NCBI GenBank assembly: GCA_964187785.1
Contig: OZ076417.1
Coordinates: 46,934,001 to 46,998,000 of the forward strand
Reading direction: 5' to 3'
Origin: Amphiscolops sp. MND2022
Lineage: Eukaryota
DNA length: 64,000 nucleotides
Part shown: piece after piece, positions 36,130 to 47,833 of the stretch
Numbering within the stretch: the stretch's first letter is position 1
How the letters are laid out: the number at the start of each line of letters is the position of its first letter
The notes under the pieces: generated by a model
What the model saw: the letters and a program-made list of their open reading frames with translations, nothing else
Told to the model about the DNA's origin: nothing
Database searches by the model: none
Position numbers and translations under genes: made by a program

Positions 36130-38985
36130 AAATGCAAAAAAACGACAGCTGTACTTCCCGATGGACTTTGGGGAACTAAAAACAGACGGCCTATTTGACA
36201 CTGGAGTTTTATCGAGTGCTATTCCAGAAATTCGTCTACTATCTCCGCAATAAGTAATACGAGAAATACGAGAAGGTCCTCCTTCCAACTTCCAGATTAT
36301 GGTCGTTAATGGACAACTGGAATCCCCAGAAGTACCATTCAATTACAATTCCAGGTTGGTGACATTGAGATCCGTGAAATCTTCATCGTAATGGAAAATC
36401 TAACGGGAACGATAATTGGACTACTGTTCTTTCAGAGAAATTATACAGTACTGGATATGAGACAATGCATCTTGAATTTCCCATTCTTGTCGATGCAGCT
36501 CAAAAAGGCTGACCATCGATGTTCCAATGTCCTTGAACCAATCCTCAATCCTACCGAAATAACCATTCCACCGGATGAAAGAGTCCTAATCAAGGCAAAT
36601 TCCCAACCCTATCCTGAGAACTCTGTGACTGGCATACTGCCACCGAGTTATCTACTACACGAAGAAAGTAACACAACCTGCTGTCCGGCGCTAGTCACCC
36701 TGAACGATGGCAACATTCAGATACCAGTGAAAAACCTTTCAGATCACCCTTATAAACTCAAGCAGGGGCTTCATTTTACCAATTTTTCCTTCAAGACACC
36801 GGTACAAATGGAGTATGTCAAACCAGTTGACCCAGTGTCAACTTGCCATCTATTACAAAACGACCAAGAGCAAGCTGCCCACTACGTCAGTAGTCTCATG
36901 AAGACGAACAAACATCCGCAAATCTCTCAAAACTACTGGTTCCTTACCCCGGAGAACCCTGGAAATCCTGACAAACACACGCCCATTCAGAAACGCATCT
37001 TGACGGAATTGCAAGCCCTACAAGACCTGGAGACGTTCGACCGCACAAAGGATGAGGAATCCGAGAAAAATTTCCTAGAAAACTTCGATTGGAAAGACTC
37101 CACTCTCGCACTTGATGAAATAGCGAGAATTGAAGAACTATTAGTGGAATTTCATAACATTTTTGCGAGGCACCGATTCGTCATCGGTATAAACGAAGAA
37201 TTCAATGTAAAAATGAAACCTAAGGACGATTCCCCAGCCTATAGCTGAAGCCTTCTAACACCAACAAACCTTGAGAAAGACATACTCGTCGAAAGGGCCA
37301 TGTTACACAGATATGGCATACATACAACACTTCCATTCCCGAAATATAGCAACCCAATATTTGCGCAGAAGCAGCCAAACGAGAAACTCCGATTTTTAGT
37401 AGACTTGACAAAAATCAACATCCTAATTTCGGACGATTATATGAATAGTATTAATCATGTAAGCACTCTCACTGACGCGCTGCCCAACACATGGCAACAA
37501 TGAAAATTTCTGCAAATTGAACTGTTAACAGGCATATCACTGCTAATAGATAGTCGACCAGCCCTCAATAGTCGCACATTTGCCTACAGACATTTGGCAC
37601 AAGGCCTTAGCCGGGCACTTGCCGCAATTTCCAGCTTTATGAGGGCATACCTCGATAAAGTCATTGAAGCGGATCAATGTGCTCAGTATGTGGGCGACAT
37701 CCTTTTCGCAGTCACTTATGCTGACCAACTCATCGCAAACCCGAGAGCAACATTCAAATGCATCCAGGAGGCAGTCCTTAAACTCAAAATGCACTAAATC
37801 ACTTCAGTGCAACAGAAATTGACTTCCTCGGACGAACAATCACCCCTCAAGGAGTCAAACCCAAGAAGCAAAAAGTTCAAAAATTTCTCAAGAAACTAAA
37901 CTCCCGAAGTCCAAAAAGGCTTTACAACGTTATTTGGGATTCCTGAACTATTACCGCAATTCTGTCCCGAGAGTATTTGAACACCTATCCCCATTCTACA
38001 TGAAGCTCCAAAGTTCCTAGTATCTAAAAGGTCCTAGTATCTAAAGAATTAGTCGAATAACTTGAAGAAATCAATAAAGCACACGACAAATATTTGGACC
38101 TGGCTCTCTAGCAGCCGCTTCCTAACAAACAAATCGTCCTAATGACAGACACATTTTTCCCGGCATTTTGCTGCTGCGGGATATGCAGTCCTCATAGAAG
38201 ATATAGAAGATGATCCCAATCAAAAATTCACTTCACTCCGCAAACCATACCCCCCAGTGGCTTATGGATCCAAGACTTTCACCCTAACCCAGATCAAGAT
38301 GTCAAAAAATGCAAAAGAATTCCTTGCAATATATTTTGCATTCAAGGAATTTGGGCATATTTCCTGGGGAGTGCCTAAACTGGTCATTATCCTCACTGAC
38401 AAAAAAGCTGTGACACAATTCTTTCAGACAAAGATCCTACCCCCAGCCCAGTGCAATGCTTGTGACTATGTCATATAATTCAACTTTGTCATACCTCACA
38501 TCCCAGGAGCACAAAACACAGCGACAGACTATCTGTTTGGCTAGAAGCCGACCCAAAAAACAAATTGGTTACTTACTATGCCAATTGGAATCAATGTTCA
38601 ATAGGCGGGAGAATCACAAGGAGAAATCTTCTATACCACCAATAAGGATGAAACCGAACAATAAAATTGGGCCGGGAAAGAAGCAAATAGTTGAATTCCC
38701 GCCACTACAGAGCCTGCTATAACAATAAAATCTGTCTCTACATTTTTGCTAAAACTACAACCCGATTTACACGTCCGACTAGGGGAAACTATTCAAATCA
38801 ATATCGAGCAATCCAAAGATGCAGTACTACAACAATTGAAGGCCAAACTCCTTCATGAAAACTACTCGGAAAGTTCACTGCAGCTGGAAGGTAGAATACA
38901 GAAGATCGAAATGACGAAGGGCTACCCTACAAGAGTCCAAAGCAGCCAACCTCTTGACAATACCGGAACTAAGGCCTGTTTGACG
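36130..38985 (+). pseudogene. pol: pol remnant of element B (PR-RT-RNase H; integrase mostly deleted)
   Basis: DGLFDTG protease; FAQKQPNEKLRFLVDLTKIN, LAQGLSRAL and QYVGDIL in RT; AYGSKTF...KEFLAIYFAFKEF in RNase H; all collinear with element C Pol; many stops and frameshifts. Confidence 0.9.
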
Positions 38986-40714
38986 TAGGACTTCATCCAG
39001 CAATGCGGGGTATCTGTGACGAAGTTAGTTCTAGCTGTCTCAGCGATTTTGTCAATGGCAGTCTGGTCAGACGTCCTTTTGTAGTGGAGCCCTTCAGCCT
39101 TCAACTTGCTGGCGGTTGCTACCTTGTTGACCATTTTGAGACGAATAAGGAAACCGTCTCATGTATGATCTTTCCTCTGCTGGTCTTGAAGCTCAACAAG
39201 AGGAACCAGGACTTCTCGAGAGGCACGGTTTCAGGAAGGTAGCATGTGAAGGAGTTAGCAAGGGAAATTGGAACACGAAGTGATCTACATTCAGTCGACC
39301 TATTACGCGATTACAACTCAAATATTACTATACTATCGAAAAAATCTTGCCTTGTTGTGGACCACTTGAATCTCCCGGTGACGAGGGTGTGTTGTCAGAT
39401 AGCGCAAGATAGACTTCTAGCGCTTGATCAATTCCCGACAAAGGGCGAGAAGTGTGCGCATTTCCAATCTGCAGGCGATTATGGCCCAAATATGACATTA
39501 TTCAATAGGCATCATTGTTCCTTATCTCCCTCCCTTGACCTTCTTAGACTAAAAATTAACAAACGCGAGTGAGTTTGAGAGACTCGAGAACCCACTCTTC
39601 AGCAAGGGACCCTCCTACTGAGACAATGAGGGCTTGAAGTACAGAAAAGAAATCAATTCTGCGGAACACACTGTAGCTGGGCTTGCGCGTGAGTGCTTGG
39701 AGATCGAGTCGTTCGTATCGGAAGCATTTTTGAACTCCTCGGGAAAACGACAAGCAGTGGTCAATGGTCCGCACGAGGTCCATAGACATCCTGAACTAGC
39801 CACGATATCGGCTTTGGTAGAGACCACTGATAGCAGTCGCGAGAGGGAGCCCATTTCTCGGGAAGCCACCTGCGGCAAACAAAGAACTTGCAGAGGGTAG
39901 CAGTGTTCCAGAAACGCAGGAACTTGAGTCGATTTGTTCCCCTGTCTTCAAACTCAATGGAGAAATACTGTTTGGCTACAACTTGCTCCGCTGTATCCTC
40001 CAATGCGCAGTTGAAAACATGCTGGAGTATTGCCTTAAATGGAAACTTCACAGTCCTCAAATTCCGTTCTCACCGCAAGAAATGAAGTAGCAATTTATAC
40101 TTACCGTTAGTCTCTCTTGGGTCCAATCAAAGTAACAAAAGTTGGCTCGGTGGTTGGGGAACGAACCAACTCATGCCCACAGATCTCGGAGCAGAGAATG
40201 GTCTCCCTGGCTTTGTACAAAGTCCCTAATAAGGCATATCTGAGTCTTAGTGCGTGATTGAGGGGTGCTGCTCCTCGTGAGGAAATCATCGTAGAAATTA
40301 AACCTTTCCCTGATGTCAACAGGTTCTGTGTGGATAAACTTCGGGCGTTCTTCAGCCAGCTCAGTTTTGCTCAAGATCTTCCCGTTCAGGCCCCTGACTC
40401 TATGCTGGATCTTGCCTGTAATTGGATTGACGCTTCTGATTGCTGGACCCTCCTCACACAGTTTCTGACACACTATCTTGACCTTGACTAGTTTCTTCAG
40501 GAATGTCAGCATGACTTCCTAGAGCCTGCTGTTCTGCGAGCCATTGTGTCTCCCTAAGCCGAACCTTTTCTTCTGACTGCATAAGCAGTGTTATCAACAC
40601 TGCTGTCAATGCTGAAAAGGAAATCTCGGGGCTCGGTTTGGACTTGGATGGTTGAGGCTGAGATACTGGCGGGATGATCACATCGGGGAGATTCTGGTGC
40701 TGCGGTTTCCTCAC
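38985..40714 (-). pseudogene. Antisense cargo gene of element B, homologous to the spliced antisense gene of element C
   Basis: Minus-strand blocks align with the C cargo protein (DIRERFNFYDDFL / DLSGEYPFPEDLL; GDHSLLRDLW / GDFNYLRRLW; YFSIEFEDRG..LRFW / YGMHFERSG..VLCW; ELIKR*KSILRY / DLIELWPSIRPY). A GTAAGT...TTTAAG phase-0 intron (40104-40034) sits at the same position as the C intron 50059-50182. Confidence 0.8.
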
Positions 40715-42078
40715 TTGTTAAATTTTTTTAAAGAAAAGGAATTAAATTGCAGCGGTAAGCTTCCTGTGAAAGAATCCATCATGCCGCTTTTGAAATCGTC
40801 CGGATGTAATTTTCAAAATATGACCTGCTATCGCGTGTGTTACGATGGAAACAGGAAGCAATTTTGAACAAGTTGAGCCATAATCAAACTTAAGCTTATT
40901 CAAAAGAAAAACATGAAAATCCGGACCATAAATGTTGAGTTGACATCTCAGCAGAGGAAGATGGCAGTGGCTTGAAAGGATAATGAGGGAAGGCACGGAT
41001 GTCCGGTCTTGACAGAAAGTGGATCGACAGCTAAAGTCGTCGACTGAGGCAAAGTAAGTGTGCATGATGGATCGTGAGACAATGATGAGATCAAGATTGA
41101 AAAGGAATATAACAATACTAACAGGGCAATGGTGAAAAAAGAAATTAAACGTTGGAGTTCGTAACTGAAGAATATCACAAGACAACTTTTTTGTTTTGAT
41201 TTTTTACATATTTTAAATGTACACAGACTCTGACAGCGAAATGTACAGTGTAACTTAGTTAGTCCATTCAAGAAATTCTTCGCCCAATTAGGATAATTAC
41301 CGAAGCTTCCACCGCCAAATCGGAATTGCCGGGAAAATTCTAACTCGGCTTGAAACAGAAACAACAAATTCATTCCACTTTCAATTTTAGCCAAGTTCAA
41401 TTGCTCGAGCAGCATCAAAAACTGCGAAGAAACTAATAATGCCGAAATTCAATCTGGCTAGCAATCTAATTGAATTGGATGAAGTGAGCTGACATTCGTT
41501 TCTACATTTCCAGCAACGAAGGAGATTTTTCTGACGACTGGGAGTCAAACTAATCTACCAATTCGGGACAGCTAGTACCCAGGATTAAAAAAGAAGTGGT
41601 TTCTAGCTTCATGTTGTTTGGAGGGAGAGTAATGACGACCAGCAGCATAGAAGAAAAATTGGTCACTGGCCCAAGCTCAGCATAGCCGAGTACGACTATT
41701 ACCCTTAAGTTCGACAACAAATATTTCAACGAAAAACTCGTTACAAAACATCACTGCTGATTGCAGATTCGCCAAAGTATTCCCCTCCCAACGTGAGAGT
41801 GCCATCACAGGACACACCGCTAGTTCAGCCAGTCCAAGCAGAATTCCGAGATTCCTATCATGTCCAGAGCAGTCGACAGTACGAGAACTTGTGAACAAGG
41901 AGGTACACTGGCTGTATGGTATGCGACAAATCGACGGACGCTATACAAAAAGAGAGAACTGACTGGTACATGGAACGATCGACGCCTAGGTTTGAACCTG
42001 AATTCATCATCAAGCTGAGAAGGGAGGCTAATATCGATGGACTCAATGCCGGTGCTTTTCTTTTCCTTGCTTACGCAG

Positions 42079-43808
42079 TATCGCAGGCTGCCGTCCGTTA
42101 CGGATCAAGGATAACTACTTCAGCAATCGGACAAGAAGCCGCAACAGGTACGCTGCGAATATACTAAAACTTTGCCAAGCCTAGAACGAAACTTAATCTA
42201 TCATTTACAAGTACTTATAATATGATTTGATATTTTGTAATTTTTGTCTGTTAACAATTGTTAGATTATTCAGATTGAAATTTGAATTGCTTAGAGCGTT
42301 GGAATGTAAAACAGCTGTATAATTACGATTGCAATGCAAAAGTGAATTACTGCGTAGAAGTACGTAAACGAGTTCAAATGAGCTCCAGTACTTCTACGGC
42401 ATCGAGACTTCCCGGCGAACAAACAACCAATCACAGCTCTTCAAAGATGGACGCAGAAATAATATTCGCCAATCACGGCAACTTGAATGTGCTTTGAAGA
42501 TACTTGATTGTTTCTAGGCAATTGGCCGGTTCCAGTCAGATTCTGTATTGATATCATTCTTCTGCTCATGTTGCTATTACTTCCTTTACTGAGAGCGCAA
42601 TTGTTATTAACGTGATGAAATGCAATGAGGACTTATGTTTGATGTGAAGGTTACTTAGTTCGTCTAATGTTGTACGTACCAGTCCTTGGAGCGGTCCCAG
42701 CTATTATTTGGAACGTGACACAGTGGTAGATAGCCAGATTAGGCTACCACATTAAATAAACCTCTCAAATGTAATTTGAAAATCCCGCTATTCGTATAGC
42801 CTTTTATCTCTCACGCGTCAGCGCGTACCTGAGCTTGATGGTGCATATTTGTAATACCTTTTACTTTTTGTTGACTCTCTGAGAAGTTGTTTTGATTGAT
42901 AGTTATAAGCAATTGGTTTGAAATTACTTTCAAAATGTGATATGCCCATTCAGAGAACCCCCTGTTGCTTTGATGTTCTTTGACGTTGAACGTCAGGTGA
43001 CCTTTCAGGAATGCTATAACCAGAATTCATGTAATTATTCTTCAGATGATATACTTATTAGACAATTGATGATATGTAAAAAAAATGCGAGTTTCATGGC
43101 TTAAGGGGTTTATATACCTCCAACTCCTGGAGCTTGACACAGTTTGCCGAACTAATCAGCGTTCAAGACGCATATTAAAAATTAAATTTCCCATAAAATA
43201 ATTCAAATACCAAAATCGGTCATTCTTCATGCCTGCTACAAAAAAGCAAAAGGGTAAAGCTGAATAATCAAGAGAATGTGATAAGTTATCAGACATTGAA
43301 ACCCAGGACATAATGCTAGGAAGTATTCATCTAGAGAGAGGAGAAGTAAGCGAACTCAACAACTCTGTCCGTAGGCCTGAAAGTCCTAGTTACAATGCAA
43401 TGGTGTATCACGATGTGAATTCTCACTCTAATTCTAGAGAGGATGAGATTAGGGGTTATGCCGGAAACGGCCAGAATTCAAGAGAAGTTGACTTCAGTAG
43501 TGAAACTAATAGGTTGTCTGGGGAACTGAACCAAAGGATCTCTCAAGAAAAGAATGATCTAATGAGTAGTGTGAGCTCATATATTCAGAGAGCCATAAGT
43601 GAGGCTTTAAACGAACAAGTCTTGCCTCACATTAAAGCTACTTTTAGACCCGGACAAGGACAAGTACCTAATAGGAGATGGGGAATCCCGAGCAGAAGAC
43701 CGAAATGTAGATCTGAAGGAGCCCTAAACCGCAAATTCAGAAGCAGTTCGAAAGATGAGCTTCTTTGGGACTTCAATTGAAACGAGGATCTAGAGAATAT
43801 TCTTTACA
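42079..43808 (+). repeat. 3' LTR of element B (~1.73 kb)
   Basis: Homologous to 28552-30190 including TATATA (~43110) and the Gag N-terminal reading frame (ATG ~43229; ORF 43313-43780); followed by TSD TGCAA. Confidence 0.78.
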
Positions 43809-44675
43809 TGCAACATCACAGACCGGATTATCGCAACGCTTTATTTGGCCAGTTGAAAGTTTCATTCTAGCCGGGTTTGTCTCACTACTCAGCATGCTAT
43901 CCCAATACCTGCCAAAACAGAATTGAAAAAGAAAAGCCGTCGCGTGAACGAATACAACGAAAAAGACGAAAACATAGTAAAAAAAAACTACAGTGCGTGA
44001 GCGCACTCATTGACAACTCGATTGCAATTGTGCTTTTGGCCACCGTCAGTGTTGAATGCCGCGAAAAAGGCGAATATGGAAATTCAAAACTTCCAACTAT
44101 TCAGTGCCCACGGAAGCCCCCAGCTTACGGGCTCGGCGGACTTTTGCCAACTCTTTAGGTAATAAAATTGTATTACCATGTTGTTTAAATTGTATTACCA
44201 TGCTGTTTTGCCCTTTTTTGTATCATTTCAATTCCTCCACCTTGTTAGCATTGTAGGCGTCGTTACAAAATACATCTTGAATCTCAGAATAATAAAATGA
44301 ATCTCAAATATGGCGCCTATCAAAATCGGACCAACATTTGCTTGCTGTTCATGAAGTTGTTCATTAGTCTTCAAAGCTTGTCATACAAAAACAAAACTTT
44401 GGCCAAAAGTGAAAGTCAATTACGTCATCTTCAAGTCACAAAGTTGGAAAAATTTGATGAAGTGTTCATTGATATGATGAAAAATTTGATTTTGTAAATT
44501 TTATCCATTCTGCGTTCTTTTCCGTTCTTATTTGCATTTGCTGATAAAATTAAAGTTGAAATAAACATATCATGTTTCAGCGGTCATTCTATTTTATTTG
44601 AGATTTTTTTAAAAAACATTATCATACGTTTTCTGGCGTGCCGTATACAAAACATATACGGGGTGGACAGTCTAC

Positions 44676-45125
44676 TTAATTTACTTTCCAGCTTTTGTTC
44701 GAGGGCTTTCTCGTGAGAGCAAGTGACAATTCCAATACATGCAAGTTGTTACGACTATTCATCGGAGTTGTTTTAGAGTTAGTCGCAGTTTGTGTTTTGA
44801 CTGGGGTAGATGTTCTAGTTGCAGAGATGTTTTCCTGGTCCGAATCGGAATCTTGGATGTTTGAACTAATTGGACGTTTTTTACTCACAGGTGCTATGAG
44901 TTTAAGCATTTCCTTTTGGTTTTCAGCGAGTATTTTTGTCAAGTCAGACATAATCTCTTTCCTTAGAGTTGTCTTTAATTCTTCTAAATTCTCAGGCTCG
45001 AGTCTAGGGTTTTTACTAGAACTAGCTATCAGGTTTCCAGTAGAATTGTTCTCAGTTAAAGAAGCTTCGAAATCTCCTGACACTAACTCAGCTACAGCTT
45101 TCCTCTTCTGGCTTCTGGTAGTCAT
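44676..45125 (-). other. LTR-encoded copy of the Gag N-terminus (126 codons) running 23 codons into flanking DNA
   Basis: MTTRSQKRK...TPMNSR, almost identical to the start of ORF 57846-59324, then diverges at the LTR end. Confidence 0.9.
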
Positions 45126-47006
45126 TTTTTAATGTTAGAAAAAACGTTTCTTCGGCAATAGGTGAATTCTTCGAAGACGATTTTGTTCAACGTTGAAACA
45201 ACGAAACAGTTTAAGTTTATTACAACTTGCAAACTCAACTAACTCACTTTACATGCCTTGTCTAAGTATATATACCTTCTTAGCGTCATTTGTTCCTCAT
45301 CTAAAAATTCCTAGGAATCGCAAAAATCAGGTTTGTTCATCAAAAGACGCTAATGATTCAGATTATTTCAGCTCGGCGTCATAAATTCAGGTATTGAGAT
45401 TCCTAGTTGCGTCACTATTCCGTAAAACCTTGTTGAAATCATTTTTGTTCAGATAACCCATTTCCTGTTTGAACTTCAAAATTGCGGCAAAATAGAAGTC
45501 TAGCTTACATTTTCATCAGCGTAGGCACGCCGGCGTGATCAATTAGTCAGCGTTCAAGTTGGGAAATTGAGATTCGAAGCAAAAGAATGACTCGCAAAAA
45601 TTGTAGCGAAATTGAAACGAGGCAAAAGGAACTTTGGACTAAGGATATTTGAATATTATTGAGGAACAAGCAACGCTAAGAAAAACATAATGATGACTAA
45701 TCAATTAATTTTGTAAACTGAACAACTGCACCAACAGTAAACTCAACTTTGACCTATACGTGGCCATAACGTAACAAGTACGAATTGCAAAGTACAAATA
45801 GATAGGAAAAATACATTTGCAGGCAATAATTATTCTGCACTCGATTGGACTTCGTATATGAATAAATAGAGCAGACATCCCGCAACAATAGCACTTGGTT
45901 TGGGTTTCGACGTTGACCTTACGTTACGTTCTGTGAAACATTTTAATGATAAACAACTAATCACTGAATACATAAAACTCTTAATGTAACGTAAGGTATA
46001 CGTGACTCGAGGAACTATTGTAATAGCATCGTTACTCTTCGATCATTGTTTTAGCCTCTTTTTACAGTACAACCTTTTACATGTGGACTTGTTTCCAGAA
46101 CCCTTTAATTGCGTCGATTCAGAAAAATCCTTATTTGATTTCGGTTTAAACTAATGCTTCATCGCTATTATTTTACGAATTGCTCCGTAAATGCTCCGTA
46201 CGTATTAAGATTGGTTATAGCTGAGCGGCGGAATACAATTTTACAATCCGCTCCGTAAGCGCTCCGTACGTATTAAGATTGGTTATAGCTAAGCAGCAGC
46301 AGCAGGCGGAGCGAAAACGGAGAGCGTAGGTGATACTATTCTCTTTTCTTAGCTAGTGAGCGTTGCTAGAGGCAACCAAGTTTAATTCTACTGGTACCGG
46401 CGCGGATAATTCTGCCAACAAACGACGCTATTGGTCCGTAAAAATAGAAACGCCCGTCACCAGCTTAGTTGAGTGACGCTGTCATAACGTTGTAAACATT
46501 TACTTAAAACCGCTTGGTTGCGGTATTAAGTGGATATTTAACAACTACTTTAATATTGGAATACATTTCCACTATATTTTGTATGTTCTTTCATTTTAGA
46601 TTGTATGGACTCCGTTGGGATCTCGGAGTTGAATATTGTTTTGAATGTTTTTATTTCAGTGTGGAGCAGGAAAAATGATCCCATTTGCAAAATTATTTAG
46701 TATTTAGATTGGAATGGAAAACTCAGAAGATGAAACCGGAAATAAAACGGCGTTGCGTGTGAAAACATTAGACCGGAAGTTTTAGCTAGTTTAAAGTCAT
46801 TTCTGAAAATATTCCGTAACGCTTACGTTAGATTCTGTATTCGGAAAATTATCTGCAATCGATTTAGCTGTACTGTAAGTGGAATTTAGATTAGTTTAAG
46901 ATTAGATTAGTTTAATAGAGTTTACCTCGGCCTTGTCCTCGGCCAATTCCGAAACCAGGTATCCCGCTGCAGCAGCTATAATCCCGACCGGGAGCGGGTC
47001 GTGACA
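44747..47006 (-). repeat. 3' LTR of element C (2260 bp)
   Basis: About 14 substitutions and 1 indel counted by eye versus 58946-61204. Confidence 0.97.
46182..46290. repeat. ~41-bp direct repeat (68-bp period) with CCAAT boxes in the LTR U3; copy at ~60381-60489
   Basis: GCTCCGTAA..GCTCCGTACGTATTAAGATTGGTTATAGCT occurs twice; GATTGG is CCAATC on the element strand. Confidence 0.85.
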
Positions 47007-47781
47007 GGGCCCCCCTTGAAGCAAGAGACAAGGGTATAGCTCGGCAATGGGGGATTTCTTTCCTGATGATGACAGGGGGACGGCCGTTGAAAATCCGCGT
47101 GCCGCGACCACGTCCTCTTCCCGATGTCATTTTGGTTATGAGTCTCTCTTCTTCCTCCATTTCTCGGAGCTCCTGTTCTCTTCGCGCCGACTCAATAGGG
47201 CATATTTCTGGCGGTTTAGTAGGGTCGCTTAACGCACATCTGCATTGCTCTCTTTTGGTCGGAGGGGGGGCATTCTCTTTTGCTCCGTAGTGAGTGCGTC
47301 CACGACTGACTGTTGCGAAGAACTGCCGGTCTTCTATGTCTAAACCATGTAGAGCGTCCAATTCTGCTAGCGAAGGCTCATTCAAGTCATTCAGCTTGAC
47401 TGTATTTGGAGCTTTTTCATTTCCCAGCTGGGGAATGTTTGCCTTTTCTTTTAGAACTGGTGTTGGTTTTGTTTGGGGCTGGCTCGGCGGCGTGTCCGGT
47501 TCTTCGTAGAAGTCGGTATCTGAGTTAGGGTTTACTGCTGGCGGTAGATTAAAGCTTACTCTCCCTAGCTTTTTCTTTTTGCTGGGGGTAGGGCCGCGCC
47601 TTTTCGGAGAACAGTCAGACTCGGACGTTGAATTTGTTTCAGCTTCGCTCCCACGAAATACTTCCGTGGACGAGTCACTAAGAGTGCTGACCGTATTGAG
47701 GGGTAGTGTCTTCAATGGCGTGCTGCAACGGTTATTATCTTCGTCGGAAGATATATCTATCACCAACGAGTATCCGTTCAT
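46912..47781 (-). CDS. ORF3 of element C: 289-aa low-complexity protein of unknown function, reading through the PPT into the 3' LTR
   Basis: Uninterrupted ATG-to-stop ORF; PSKKKK basic cluster, GRVSF, acidic/Pro-rich middle, GRGRGRG and GRGQGRG; the last ~31 codons are LTR-encoded. Confidence 0.7.
   Translation of the reverse strand: MNGYSLVIDISSDEDNNRCSTPLKTLPLNTVSTLSDSSTEVFRGSEAETNSTSESDCSPKRRGPTPSKKKKLGRVSFNLPPAVNPNSDTDFYEEPDTPPSQPQTKPTPVLKEKANIPQLGNEKAPNTVKLNDLNEPSLAELDALHGLDIEDRQFFATVSRGRTHYGAKENAPPPTKREQCRCALSDPTKPPEICPIESARREQELREMEEEERLITKMTSGRGRGRGTRIFNGRPPVIIRKEIPHCRAIPLSLASRGALSRPAPGRDYSCCSGIPGFGIGRGQGRGKLY
47010..47017 (-). promoter_or_regulatory. Polypurine tract of element C
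   Basis: AAGGGGGG followed by CCC and then the LTR TGTCAC on the minus strand. Confidence 0.85.
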
Positions 47782-47833
47782 GATTGCAGAGATTAAATTT
47801 TGTAGGATTTTGGCTTATGTCTTCTTTGACTAG

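Larger units (their letters stand above)
28552..43808 (+). mobile_element. Element B: old Ty3/Gypsy LTR retrotransposon related to element C, with internal duplication and deletion
   Basis: LTR homology begins at TGTCGCAGGCTGC (28552) and TATCGCAGGCTGC (42079) and ends at ...TTACA (43808); 5-bp TSD TGCAA at 28547-28551 and 43809-43813; gag and pol remnants inside. Confidence 0.8.
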
